Origin: Marsupella aquatica
Taxonomy: Eukaryota; Plantae; Marchantiophyta
Direction: 5' to 3'
DNA: 64,000 bases
Assembly: GCA_973895155.1 (NCBI GenBank)
Contig: OZ316894.1
Coordinates: forward strand, 3,558,944-3,622,943
Part shown: one piece after another, positions 39,062-52,012 of the stretch
Numbering within the stretch: position 1 is the stretch's first letter
Layout of the letters: the number at the start of each line of letters is the position of its first letter
Position numbers and translations under genes: made by a program
The notes under the pieces: generated by a model
What the model saw: only the letters and a program-made list of their open reading frames with translations
Databases searched by the model: none
Told to the model about the DNA's origin: nothing

Positions 39062-42000
39062 TTCATTCTTCCCGAGATGCTGCTTAGCCCGCCCGCTTTC
39101 AGAAGGAAATGGTTGGAACGCAAATGAATCAATCAATGACGAATCTCCGGGGAATCCAAATCAGAAGAACTTGGAAAAGCAGCGAGGCTGACGCACGGAA
39201 AGATGCTCCGACAGACAAAAGGACTAGGAGCAGAGCGAAATGAAGAGACCTAATAGAATCACTCCGAAGAGATAACTCGAAGAGAAGAGTTCGAGGCACC
39301 CAACGAGAAAAATACGAACCATGTAGGCTCTCGCATGAAGAGGGCGATGAGATAATGGTTGGAGACGAGACAAGGATTGAATAAAGGGTAGTGGGATCAA
39401 TTGTTGAGACTCTTCACACGACTCCGGCCGAAAACAAATCCTGGCCGGCAGGGAAGGAATCAATGAATGACTCGCCGATAGACGGGTAAGGAATAGGCCA
39501 AACCAAATGACAGTAGGCTATCGAGATTACAAGAGCTGTAAGAAAGACATGAAGGATTGGACGACGCTCTCGATAACGCTCTCCTTTTCACGTGCTTGAC
39601 CTTACAGAGGACGCCTGGGCCGCCCTGAGGTCAAGCAAATGGCACTCTCCCGATGCCAAATGCTGCAAGCAACTTCTCGGAACCTAATGCGCGCGGAGGA
39701 AACGGAAAGAATGACGTAATTGCAAGTGGAGAATGTGATGGGCAAAGCAAAGTTGAAGGAAACAAAAATCAGAGAACCACGGAGCTCATTAGCTCTCTTT
39801 CTCTCGTCTCTCTCTCCCTCTGAATGTCAAGAAGGCAGCATTGGCAGCGACTGGTCCTAGACGGGAGAGAGATTAGATAGTGGCGTACAAGGCACAGCGT
39901 TGCTTACACACAAAGACGTTACGAGGCACGACAAGCCGTGCCTGACATCAATAGGGAAGAGGAGGGGTGGAAGAAACCACCACACAAATGCGGCTCTACT
40001 ACCATTACTGAAAAAATAAAGTGATGGATGGCAAGCCACTTCTTTCCACAGTACTGGAAACAAAAACCAATCCCACCGAGTGGCTATACTTCCTGTTGTC
40101 CGTCGAATGGTGATGAGTCGTGTACTGTATTGGCAACAACAAACAGTCTATCCTCCCCGTTGCTCATGGAATGGTGATGAATCGTGTACTGCACGTAGCG
40201 TCAGCCCTTCGATTCTGTAACAGCACCGTATGTATTTTATTGTATCCAGCGTTGTATACTCCTCTTCCCAAGTTCCAATCACGGCATCTGCTAGGAGCCT
40301 ACGAGGTCATGCTTGATAGGATCCTAGGCCAGGATTCAAATCAAACGGGAGACGTAGGTCCTGCACGGTCGTCGAATAGAGAACGCTGCGGAAGTGCAGA
40401 GCGGAAGGCGGAGACAAACAGTGCTCATTCCGATCTGTGGACGCAAATAGGGTGGTCGGTAGGGCGAATGGGCGTGATAGCGAGGCGCAGACCCTGCCAA
40501 GCTTCTTCTCCCGGTATGATACTATTTATTGAGACATGGCCAAGCCAGTGCTCGTTCCGGTACGCGTTCCTCCTCCCTCCTCAGGTGCTCAACGATGTTA
40601 CGACAATGCTTCAATTGCGCATCCAACCAAATTTAGTTTGTTGAAGGATGGATCATGGATGGATGGATGAATGTTCTTAGGCATGCGCACGTGATCGCCG
40701 CGGATCTCCAACAATTCGCATGACAGAGCGATGACAGATGCAGCCACAATAGAACCAGAGAGAAGCGGGTGGAGCAGAGAGTGGTCGTGGAAGGACTGAT
40801 CAGAGGAGCCAGGACGTGAGAATGGAACAGACTGATGATGATGGTATGCTCCCAATAATCAATCAATCCAGCAGGTGCTAACCGATTTGATGTATAGCGA
40901 AAGAACTCCGATCCGTTCGCATGACTCTGTAAATAATACTGTATGGAATAGACCACAACCAGGCTTTTCCCTGCTTTCGCTGTGTTCCTGCCTGATACCC
41001 GCCGGAGAAGAAAACAAAGCAGGAGTACAACAGCACGGATTGAAGTACGACAGCGACACGACTGACCGATTGAATGATCGATTGTCGTTCGTTGTCTGAA
41101 AGATGGAGGCCAAGTAGAATCGGTTTTAATGACAGAGCAATTGATGCCAAGTAGGATCGGTTTTAATGACCGATTCACAACAATGGCGGAGTTGGCTGGC
41201 GGGCTGGCGCACTTCGCACGGCCCTACGCTGATGTACAAACTTTCTTCCCTTCCAACGAACAGTTTCGTATGTATACTGTACCGTATAGACCTCGATCGA
41301 TATCCAGCCCGATTAATCCACAACTTACTCATGAGACTAAACAAAATGCCTCAATCCCTGGAGAACGTAAAGAAGTCCAGTCCGTGTTGCATCCTGCTCG
41401 CGACTTAAAACACCTGATGAACACGGGGCCAAATGTCGCCTACAGCATTCGCTTCTGTCGCCGAAATCGCTCACTTTGTCCGCCACAACAATGGCTTCAA
41501 GCCTCCAAGTCCAAGGAGGGGAAAGGGTGACCTGTGTGATCTGTTGATTTCTGTTCTGTTCTATTCTGTTCAGTTGAGAGCCGCAACTTCGGCAGCACAG
41601 AAATTCTGCAAATCTCACACCACGCCGACCTTGTTTCGCGGCAGTCCATATAATTTTGTGTGCCGCATTCATTCATTTCGTGCAACCAAGCCAATCGGAT
41701 CACCACCCACCCAGCACTCGCTCGCCCCTCGATCACTCGACGATCTCTTCCTCCATTTTCCTCGTCAAATGGAGCTCCGGCAGCCGAGACCTCTGCAATA
41801 ATAATGGGACGGAATCAGTTCTGGCTGTTTGCTTCTTTCGGGACTGTTCATACAAGTAATCATTGCGATGACGCGATCGTTTCTTGGCTTGGAACGAGAG
41901 CACCTTACATTGCGATCGTAAGTGAATTGCGTGCTCCGCGCTCTTGGCCTGATTTCGCGCTTTCACCACCTCTTCTAGTCCCTTTGTTTCGACAGAACCC

Positions 42001-42396
42001 CATCCGCAAATAATCAGTCTTTTTGCTTTTCTGCCGCACCAGTGTCGAGAGTACCGTACTGCCTGCCATCAGCCATCAGCCATCCGGGGTTCGCGCAATA
42101 AATGAGTAATTATTAGATCCTTTCGACCCAGCAAACAAAAAAAATTACTTTCTGGTGGGTGTGAACCCTGGAAAGAAATGTGAAGAATATTCTCGTCATC
42201 CAGGTGTAAACACTGACAGTTCAGTGCTGGTCAGTGCGGAACCCCCCCCAGCCCTCTATTTGGGTCCGTTTGAAAAGCCAATGTTGAATTTTCTAGTCAT
42301 CCTGGTGTAAACATTGACTTTCCAGTCTTTGTGAGAGAGGAATAAGAATGTTTTGGGTCCGTTCTAAACCTGGAGAGATATGGGAAGAATGCTTTA

Positions 42397-42698
42397 GGGC
42401 CCTCTTGCATGACTTTGGTCCTTTGCACATCGGCCCTAAAATGAACTCGTGTCATGAGTTGAGGCAGCGAGAGGGCGGCAGTCCTGATGGCTTCTTTTGT
42501 GGAGATACAAGGGCAAGGGCTGGAAAATTTCCGGCCCTTGAGGTCCCAAACCTTCAAAATGTAATAAAACAAAACATTTGGTTTTAACTTTTCCCGGACA
42601 TCTGTTTTAACTTTTCCCCTGTGTTTTAACTTTTCCCCTACATGTGTGGCTTGGTAAGGGCCGCAGTTTTCAGGACTCTTGCACATGCAAGACAGTCC
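42397..42698 (+). mobile_element. Harbinger/Tourist-like MITE (302 bp)
   Basis: TIR GGGCCCTCTTGCATG / CATGCAAGACAGTCC with TTA on both sides. Removing it restores an array unit. Homologous to both ends of 47294-48520. Confidence 0.85.
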
Positions 42699-43036
42699 TT
42701 AATCATCCTGATGTAAACACTGATCGGGGTCAGGAGGTCAGTGTTGGTAGAGGTGAGTTTTAGAACTCAGTACTGTTTTGGGGTCCGTGTGAAACGCAGA
42801 AAGAAATGTTTTACATTCTTAAACATCCTAGTGTAAACACTGACCTTTCAGTGTTGGCAGTATAAGAACCCAACAATTTATCGGATCCGTTCGACACCTG
42901 AAAAAAAGGGTTCAGAATCTTCTATCCGTCCTGATTCAAACACTGACTATTCAGTGCTAGTCAGAGGAGACCCTAAATTCAGCACTGTGTTGGGTCCATG
43001 TGGAAAACCTGGAAAAGAAATGTTCAGATCTATTAA

Positions 43037-43359
43037 CAATAGGGAGTCTCAAAATTAGCTATTGAAGCCATTTTTGGCTGACCGGGAATGACACCATTCT
43101 GGTCATTTTGGTCATTATCCGGATTCTAAACTGTGCATTCCGGTCTGGGACTTGCAATCCGCACCGCAACTTTGTCTGCTCGACTTTGCTGCTGTCTTTC
43201 GGTGGTGAAGCTCACGCAATAGCGACAGCATTCAATTATAAGTACCCTTATTCTGCTTTTGCCCAATACTGTGGATGCAGCCCTACTTTTGGGCCATAAT
43301 TTCAGTGGGCAGCAGTTGGGGCCACTCCTGATTTTTTAAAATGTTGAGACACCCTATTG
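43037..43359. mobile_element. MITE with ~19-bp TIRs
   Basis: CAATAGGGAGTCTCAAAAT ... ATGTTGAGACACCCTATTG interrupts an array unit. TSD ambiguous. The AGGGTGTCTCAA core is reminiscent of mariner-type ends (inference). Confidence 0.7.
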
Positions 43360-44172
43360 ATCCTGGTGGAAAGACTGAGTTTTCAGTCTTGGTAGTAGAC
43401 AAGCCCAGCACTGGTTTGGGTCCGTGTGAAACCTGGAAACAAATATGAAGAATTTTCTATCAAAAACTGACTGTTCATTGTTGGGAGGAGAAACCAGGAA
43501 ACAAATGTTAAGAAACATTCTAATCATCCTGGTGTAAACACTAACTTTTCAATATTGGCGGGAGAAGAACCCAGGACTGCTTCGGGTCCCGTATGAAACC
43601 TGGAAAGAACTGTTAAGAATATTCTCCCTAGAAAAAAATGTTACAAACATTCTCATCATCCCGGTTTAATTAAACACTGCCTTTTCGGGAGAAGAAGCTA
43701 ACAATATATCGGATGCATGTGGGAAAGAAATCTTCTTACTATATAATTCTAAACAGAATCTATTTTTTATTTTTAAGGGCTATAATTCTAAACAGAATCT
43801 ATTTTTAAGGGCTATGGTCTAGAGTGAACCCTATGGTCTAGAGTGAAACCTGTGTATACAGTAATTCAAATCAGGACAAAATATATAATGTCTGTATAAA
43901 AAAAATCTAAAAAACAAAAGGGAAAAAAGTATAGATTTTTTTTTCAATTGTTTTTTTGCAATTCTATTTACAAATTTCCATTCAAGGAACTGGTTGGGCC
44001 CTTTCACTTCTTCCCCCCCCCCCCCCCTTTTTTTGTGGGGTTGCTTTGCCTTTGGTATCTTGTCTCCTGGTCTCACATTTTTTGCCTTTTGGCAGTGTTA
44101 TATATAACTGGTAGTCAAGCTAATGTGAAAAACTTCCAATCATCCTGGTGTAAACACTGAACCACCAGTTAA

Positions 44173-44540
44173 ATTTACGTCAAGTTAATGCGCCCCGACT
44201 TTCTCGAGGTGTCATACACTGCCCGTCCCACTCCCCAATTATGTTGTCCAAAACACTCATTCTCTATGGAGCTGTGGTTTATGTTTTGGCAACATTTCTT
44301 TCCAAAAAGTTGATGGCACAAATCCATCGGGCCGGAGTGGATGACAAAAAGTGAAGGGTGCCAAAACATAAACCCGAAATTGATGGCACAAAGTTGATCG
44401 AGCCGGATCAGGCGACCAAATGTTAGACTATTGTTTTATGTTTTGGCAAACTCAAGCCGGAGTGAGCAGCAACATCAGAGATTGGTATGGGCAAAGTACA
44501 GCACCCCGAGAAAATGGAAACGCATTAACTTGACGTAGAT
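44173..44540. mobile_element. TTAA-flanked TIR element (~368 bp)
   Basis: AGTTAAATTTACGTCAAGTTAATGCG (44167-44192) is inverted at 44521-44546 with 1 mismatch. Internal repeated TTTATGTTTTGGCAA and TTGATGGCACAAA motifs. Confidence 0.75.
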
Positions 44541-45309
44541 TTAACTCATGGTAACAATGACCGTCTAGAGTCGGTGACAATAATAGAGCCAAAGAGTAGT
44601 TGGCCTGATTCCTGCCCCTACACGGCTGTCCGGGCTTGCCCGCGGGCATGTTGGACGATCCCGGCCGCAGGCCAAGGTGATCTTCTGGTCGTCTCTTCCT
44701 GTGGTCTTCGCTCTTCGGCGCCACAACGGAACAGACGCTAATAACAGGCCCCGCCGTCTTTCTTTCTGGCGCTGCCTGCCCGCTTTTTTTGCCCGTTTTC
44801 CCGTCTGCCAGTTTCATTACTATCGTAAATTAAGGAATAAGGACGATCAGTTTCGCGCATGCGTTGCGAATGTTTTTAATGTGGCATGCATTTAATCTTG
44901 TCACGTTTTCAAATTTTAGCGCTATCATAAATAATCTGATCCTAGATTTTGTTTTGATAGTCTAAAAACAATGTCCCGCACTGATACATCAGTGTTGTAC
45001 ATAGGAATCTTTATCGGACAGTTCTTGAGAGACCCCACTCTCCTGCCTGCCCGTCTTACTCCTCCACATGCCCTGCCCACCTTTCTAGTTATATACTTAA
45101 ACGTATCTAATATTTGTACCTTTCATTAGAGAGCACGGCAATAATACACAGATAAATTAGTATTTTATCAAATAGTTTAAGTTTATAGTTTATGGCGACA
45201 GATGCTAACAAACCCGGCTTTACTGACTACCTCGAATGTGTCTACTGTTTGTTGCCTTCATGCCATGTGCACCTTTTTTGCCCATCTTACTCGTAGGGAT
45301 GATGTCCTA

Positions 45310-45977
45310 GGGGGCTTTACAAGACTGTACGTCCACCCAGTGTTCTCTATCCAAAGAAAAATTGATGGTCACTTTTAAACACTAACATAAAGTGCCTAGA
45401 CTTGATTCTCCATTGTTTTAGACCACCTCAAGAGAAAGGAAAGAGAACCAGAATTTATAAATCAGGGAAAAACAAAGTACAATGAAAAGAAAGAAAAAAA
45501 GTTCCAAAGAGGACAAACACCTAACCAGCAAAAAGAAAAGCAAGTGTAAACCTAAAAAATGACACAGAAAAAGATAAAATTGTCAATCATTATTTGAATG
45601 CAAACTCAATGACTAGTGTCTACATTGGAAAATGTGACAAGAGTTAATGAGCCATATCCAATGTAAGAACCATATCAGCAAGTGGGACACAACTTACTCT
45701 AGGAGGGCTAGTGTCTGGGGGGCATACCACTGTGAGGATAGAGGGGGGCGATCAATGGTAATTGGAAGAGGTCTTTGACCAAAAAATGTAAGCACAAGAA
45801 TAGGACCCACAATGAGCCCACTGACATATAACTAGGTCGGGTAATGGTTTTGCTTGATTGTGTCCCCAAGTTCATATAAAGTGAAGTGTGGCCTGTTCTC
45901 ACATATGGATGGCTAAAATTGCATCTCACACAATAAAAGAAGGAAATGCTGCCCCCAAAGTTCTTGTAAAGCCACCC
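45310..45977 (-). mobile_element. Harbinger-like non-autonomous element, same family as 59610-60429
   Basis: TIR GGGGGCTTTACAAGA / TCTTGTAAAGCCACCC with flanks CTA/TTA. The last ~210 bp are the reverse complement of the start of the 59610 copy. Confidence 0.8.
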
Positions 45978-46245
45978 TTACTATCATGAGGGATATCTGG
46001 TGCTAGCTCATGCCTGGTGTGAAAATCTCATATATTGACCTTTTAAATCAGATTTACAGAGGCCTCTAACTGGGCCCATAATTATAGTGTTCTGTCAAAA
46101 ATACTTTGTCCATTTTTGGTTATTTGATTTTAAAAACAATGAATGCATTAAGGTATGCTGATGTTTTCTTCGAAACCTAGTTTGGGTAACTTCAAACCAA
46201 AATTTTCTGGAATTTAGTTATAGTGTACTAGTTGTAATACTCAGC

Positions 46246-46933
46246 TTCTCTGCATATGTGTTTGAACTCACTGTACAGTAGTTCTGGGCCGTGCATCTTA
46301 ACTCATAACTGGACTTTGCTTAAGTACCAAAAGTCAGATTTAGAAAAGCAATCAAAACACTTGAAGTACTGAATTATTTTGGTCCAACGTTATTGCAACT
46401 TACTTGGTCAATGAAATTATTAGTGCCAGATCTTTTTTCTGGTGCACCTTTTGACACAAAGATGCATCATGATGATGAGTCATCTGTAATGAAGATAGTT
46501 TATTGACACATCAATCTTTTACATCAAATATTTCTTTCAACGGATGCCACTAGCCCCCTTCCCTGCCTGTCCACGTTAGTAACTGCCTGACTTATTAACA
46601 TAATGGTACCTTGGTTGACAATTCTGAATGGCATAGAGTAATGTTTACTTGCTTTCAGGCAAAGGCATTGTAATTTTACCCAGATTTTACCAAACCAATT
46701 TGTTTTAAAGCACAACTGCCCTTCAAAAGCTACGGGTTACCTGAAGTTACCATTAAAAGAAAATTTTTCTTGAAATTATGGAGCAAACTGGTATGCTAGA
46801 GGAGAACAGTGATTGAAATGTGGAAAAAGAGGGAGGTCTTGGACACTTCCCCTTATATAGGGGAAGTTGTAGTTTAATGAGTCTAATTTTTCTGGAATTT
46901 GGCTTATACGTAGTCAAATTTGCTGCCTACTGT
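46246..46933. repeat. Direct segmental duplicate of 63480-64000 (this copy carries a MITE)
   Basis: Near-identical ~520-bp sequence TGCATATGTGTTTGAACTCACTG...GTCAAATTTGCTGCCTACTGT. Confidence 0.93.
46709..46873. mobile_element. 165-bp MITE, copy 2, TTAA (or TA) target duplication
   Basis: Absent from the paralogous segment near 63940, where the empty site reads TGTTTTAATGA. The filled site has TTAA on both sides. Confidence 0.9.
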
Positions 46934-47129
46934 ACGTCTATAACAATAACACCATCTTCAGGGGCACTATGTCTCTTATAAGGTTTTTCATGCTTTTGGC
47001 AAGATGAAATCTGGAATTTAATTTCCTCCCCATTTCCCAAGATTGCCAGCATATTTTTCCAGCCCATTGTCTTTGAGATGTCTAATTTTGTTTTAAATTA
47101 TTTCCTACTTCTGCAATTTTGGATTATCA

Positions 47130-49460
47130 TGACAGGGGCTGTAGGGACTATCAAGCCCACTGAACTTCAGTATTTTGACCCACAAACACAACTTGGTTTC
47201 AAAAATGATAAGAAAGACATCATCTCGTTGAGGTGATCATTAGTGAACTTCAGGATTACCCAGCTGGGGAGACAACACATGAAATACGAGTTAGGGCCGT
47301 CTTGCATGTCGGTGGTCCTTTGCAAATCGTCCCTAAAATGAACTCGTGTCATGAGTTGAGGCAGCGAGAGGCCGGCAGTCCTGATGGCGTCTTTTGTGGA
47401 GATACAAGTGCAATTTCCGGCCCTTGAGGTCCCGTAACTTTGAAATGTAATAAAACAAAACAGCAGGTATTACACGTGTTGGGATAGTGACTTCGCGATG
47501 TATTTCCCGTGGACCTGCTCCCGACTCCTAGTGTTCGCCCTGCAAACACCAGCCACACTGCATATCAAGTTCAACAGCCGAGGCATCTCTCACCTCGAAA
47601 TACTTCGACGGACACCCACGAAGCTAGTAGTGTGCTGCGTGAAATTTTATGGATTCTCATCAAATGCTGGCACGACTCGTTTAGGAAGCAAGAAGGACAC
47701 AAAGTCAGAAAGGAGCAAATTGATTCAACAGCGGCGAGGATTTGATTGAAGGCCGGAAGGAGCAATCCTAGTTGAGGCAGCGAGGATTCGATTGAAGGCA
47801 GGAAGGAGCAATCCTAGTTGAGGCAGCGAGGATTCGATTGAAGGCAGCAGCACGTATCGAGCAGAACTCTGTGATCGAGCAGGAGAGCAATTCCGGGTCA
47901 AGTAGCAGCGGCAGTGTCTAAGCAAACGGCAGCAATTCCAGGTCAAGTATGAAGGCACTATCGAGGCAGTAGCAGGGGCAGCAGCGCATGTCGTGGATCT
48001 CTTTCTCGATGTACTTTCTTTCTCGATCGATCTCTCTCGCTCGCCTTCAATCCTCCTCCACGCCTCTCGATCATCAATCAGCTCGGCAGACGCAAGCTGT
48101 GGCAGTGTGGCACCCAAATTCACGAAGGCGTGGAGAGCAAAAGTCTCGAAACGTTGCGACTGCGTTACTTATTAGGTGATCGATAGTCATGTGAATTGAG
48201 GCAGCAGCGCATGTGAATTGAGGCAGCACGCAGCGGTAGTCAGCAAACGGTAGCAAGTGAGAACGAGTGAGCACTTTCGCTTTTGGTTTTGAGATTGTCG
48301 CATGTAATGCGGAATTATGCAGGGCAGACTTTGCAGGGGCATGTTTTGGCCCTGCATCTTGCCCTCTACAAGTTGTGCATAAAACGACAGAGAAGTAGAC
48401 TGAATTGAGTGGGCCCGTGACACGTATTAGGCTCTTTGATTCACTTTAGATTTGGTTTTAACTTTTTCCTGGCTGGTTAGGGCCGCTTTTTTGAGGACTC
48501 TTGCACATGCAAGACAGCCCTAAGTATGGGCGTTCCTCCTTTTCCAAGGCGCATTACACAGACTCTTAAGAATCACAACTGGATTTACCAGGGTTATGTT
48601 TGTGTAGCATAATGGCTCCATGTAGAGATCCAAAGAAGGTGCCAGTCAGCTGCTTCTGGGTCATTGCATGTGTTACCTAATAGCACCCTAATCTCCTGCC
48701 ACCATGTCACTCTACCCCAGTTGTAGAATAGGTGTTCTGTGCTTTTGAATTCAAGGTTGCATTGCTAACAAATGCAATTGCAAACTCCCCACTTGCTAGC
48801 TCTACCATTAGTATAGCAACCTGGTTGAGGAAGTCTCCAAATAACCTAACTTTTGGGAAGACCCATCCTCCCCACACCTTCCACACCCACCTTCCTCACC
48901 GAAAATAATTCTACCGAATATGGACCGAGCTTGGATTCTTTCTTCCGGAGCAAAGGGCACAAGAAGGTGGCTTGAGGCCGATTTTGTTATTCCCCATCTA
49001 TGGATGTATTCAAACGAGTTCTCAACAACCTTACCTCATCGTATGGTGTTGCCCACCTACTTCTTGTCGGCTTATCTAATATTTCATTCACCTGTGGGAA
49101 GCCTTGTAATGCCACTGGTGTCCATCTTCTCTGGTGTAGTTTGCGTCAAAAATACATTGTTGTTCATGATGCTGTGAGAGATGCAATTGCCCAGGTTCTC
49201 TCTGGGTCTTTTGTCCATGTGAGGCGAGAGGTGGTGCTTGGGCCTCCATCACAGCGGTTACAGGTTGACCTTACCATGGTCTATGACTGATGGTCAACAT
49301 AGTTTGGCAGATGTAGTGGGGCACACCCGTTGCGCCAAGACATCATCGGGACAGCAGCAACAATGGCAGAGGCAGCAGCATCACGAACAATGACAAAAGA
49401 GGCCAAATATGTTGCACGAGCTTCCTTTGATAGCTTCCCACTCTTCCAAGTTCTCCAGGA
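47130..49460 (+). mobile_element. Decayed CRE-type (RLE-bearing) non-LTR retrotransposon fragment, split by a Harbinger-like insertion
   Basis: Post-RT motifs ELQYFDPQTQL and DRAWILSSGAKGTRRWLEA...EFSTTLPHRMVLP; Zn-knuckle remnant TCGKPCNATGVHLLWC; HDAVRDAI...VRRE...RLQVD...LADVVGAHP...KEAKY (restriction-like endonuclease). Frameshifted. Confidence 0.7.
47294..48520 (+). mobile_element. Longer (1227-bp) non-autonomous member of the 42397 Harbinger-like family
   Basis: TIR GGGCCGTCTTGCATG / CATGCAAGACAGCCC with flanks TTA/TAA. Internal 47-bp tandem repeats at 47734-47846. No transposase recognised. Confidence 0.85.
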
Positions 49461-50265
49461 TCCCACATGCTTTGTTTACATAATCATAGTTGATCACATA
49501 TGACTCATGTAACCAGGCACATAACTTTGATACAACACTCTCCAGAACACTTAAAAATGTTTCCAAGTATTTGTCTCTCATTGAATTTAAAAATTGCTAT
49601 TAATAGGGAGATGGGGTCATCCAACTAATTGAATATGTAACAGATTCTATGTGGAGCCTAAAAGTATTATGCTTCAATCAACAAAACAAATGACTTATGA
49701 AAAGTTTCCAAAGATAGATTTTGAATATATAAGATTGAGTGTTAGGAGATGTTCAAAAAAGTTAGTAGCCTGAGCCAAGTAGTCCCTGTGTAGTGGAGGC
49801 GTACCCAACTACAACTATAACGAACTTGATGCATTATTGGATTTGTGAGGGCCGACCTCCCAAAGGGTCTGGTCAAGTCCTGAATCCATTTAGTTTATGG
49901 TCCATCAAGTCCAGAGGGCTAAGGACAGTTTCCTTCCACTAAGTTATTCCAATTCAATCATTTAGTATCACTCGGCTACGTTATTCCAATTCGGTCATTT
50001 AGGATAACTCTGATATAGAATCTTACACAGTTCTAACTGGCAGTTCGACTTCACAATCCGATTTACAGAAGGCACGTTTTTGAAGCCTGGGGATGCTGCT
50101 TTTTGTTTGAAGAAGCAACAGTAGATGTTGGACCAGATGAATAGCTAAAATTGTCATAGATTTTATATACACAAGAGAGAACCGGGTCATGATTTCTAAC
50201 AATTGCATTCACTACATCTACCGCCTGATCATCCTTCATATATGTAACGAGAACAAATGCGGGCG

Positions 50266-51356
50266 CTAATCAAGGCTGAAACCCAGAAATTGCACACGAG
50301 TTGCTGCAAGAGATTTAGACACTGTTTCATGACTTGCGTGAAAATTATAGCTATGATGCTTTCGGGCATTATCGTCCCTCACTATCAAACATGTTTCAGC
50401 GTCCCTTCGTGCTCCCTCTTCATCACGCATTAAATATTTTACAAACCCCCTGTGTTTTCTGCATTCGTAGTCATATCCGATCGTTTTCAAGCTCGACGTC
50501 AGGTCTTCCAGAGCTCCATTTAAATCACCTGCCATTCGCTTAAGAATGCCCCTTTCTGTTAAGAAGAATGCTCGACTCTGGTAAGGTAACACTCTTGTAT
50601 TGATGACGTCAAAGAGTGCCAAGGCACCCAGGAAGTCTGACCCCTCATCAACCTTCTGCATTGCTCGGGAATGCAAGGACAACATTAACTTCTCATGCTC
50701 AATCATGTCTTTCAATCCCGTCAATTGGAAATCCATATACGTCACTGGTTCCTCTCCCAGAGAAGGCAGTAACGTTGAGAATTTTGTGTTGGATTGAAGC
50801 TGTGTCTGCATAGCCGTCTTACCATCAAGTTGTGCGCGCTCTAGATCCCCCAACAAGAAACTTACGTAGCCCCTGTGTTTCCAACAATCATACAGCTGCG
50901 AGCTCGTATCCGGTACCGGCAAGAAAATTCCCAAAGCATCGGTAAGGTCTTGCAGAGCTCCGACCAGATCTCCCATCATACGTTTAGCGATGCCTTTCTC
51001 TTGCAACACAAACCCGTCGATATAGGGGTTTCCAAACTGATTGATGCCCGACAAAACTTCCAAAGCTTCCTTATAATCTGATTTCCAGACCTTCCTTATG
51101 AACTCTGCGTGAACCATCCTGAGCCACCCTTCTTCGAATTCGTTCAATTCAGGGTCGACGTCGTCCCCATCGCTCCAACCTTCATTCTCGCCTTCATTCC
51201 AAGTTAGGCGTTTCCTTGAGTATTCTTCCCAAACGGGATCGTGTTTCTCGGGCAATGACCCTACCGACCCTTTGGGCGCCCGATGAATCTCCGAATTTCC
51301 TAGCTCATCCTGTTCGTGCTGCCTTGCTAGATTGGACGAAGCAGTCGGTATGCTTT
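50266..51356 (-). CDS. TPR-like repeat region (terminal exon), two duplicated helical modules
   Basis: Long ORF with QEKGIAKRMMGDLVGALQDLTDAL..CWKHRGYVSFLLGDLERAQLD and TERGILKRMAGDLNGALEDLTSSL..CRKHRGFVKYLMRDEEGARRD. Strong phase-1 acceptor TATTTTGCAG at 51357. Confidence 0.8.
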
Positions 51357-51554
51357 CTGCAAAATACCCTATTTCAGAAAACAGAAATCCAGGCTCAAAC
51401 GCCCATTTTAAGGGCATCATGTTCTTGCAATAAGAAAAACTCTGATTTGTAGCCGAGTCACGGTTTTGAGAAAAAATTACTCCTTTGTCATAATTTCTAT
51501 TCTATGACGTAGTACATATGTCATTGTTTTAAATCCAAGTTAACTCGGTTCAGC

Positions 51555-51875
51555 AAATTTTGTGTCCACAGACCATGTTGCTAGATGCAGATGTACATGC
51601 CTGGCTGAGACTGGTTGCCTATTAGGGCACCACTGCTGCCAGGGCTGACCACCCTCACTTGAGACTTCCAACCAAGACCCTACTGCCATGACCCCCACGC
51701 GATGACTCCAGGCCTCTATAGGTCTCAGAAGGGGGTATTTTCTTCTAGTGGTGAGGAGGCTGGGGAGCGGGTGAGAGTGACCCTAGTGCCCTATGGGTTA
51801 TTGATCTCAACAATCGGTGTACACCTGCATCTGGAAACCTGGTCGGCATCCGAGTCTGTGTGGCGCTGAGCTAAT
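51555..51875. mobile_element. Degenerate foldback/MITE-like element within the PP2-TPR intron
   Basis: GACCATGTTGCTAGATGCAGATGTACA (~51571) is imperfectly inverted as TGTACACCTGCATCTGGAAACCTGGTC (~51818). TAGGGCAC/GTGCCCTA also pair. Confidence 0.45.
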
Positions 51876-52012
51876 TTTGTTTTTAAAAAATGGTTAGTAG
51901 CAAGGCAATATGATATTAATTAAATCAGTACTATGGCTATTTAGTTAAAAAATCATGGCATGATATAATTTAGTTAAAAATCACAGATTACGAGCCAAAC
52001 TTGATCCGGTAC

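Larger units (their letters stand above)
42150..44165. repeat. Degenerate satellite-like array, ~105-bp unit, ~9-10 copies, interrupted by MITEs
   Basis: Core TCATCCTGGTGTAAACACTGAC...TCAGTG...GGGTCCGTGTGAAACCTGGAAAGAAATG at ~42196, 42297, 42703, 42825, 42926, 43360, 43523, 43655 and 44140. Confidence 0.85.

Noticed and set aside
40120-42013. Cluster of 70-180-aa ORFs on both strands
   Set aside because: Overlapping, with no domain motifs; more likely the promoter or 5' leader region of the F-box gene.
42150-44165. CRISPR-like array (recurring TCATCCTGGTGTAAACACTGAC)
   Set aside because: The intervening sequences are homologous to each other rather than unique spacers, there are no cas genes, and the context is eukaryotic.
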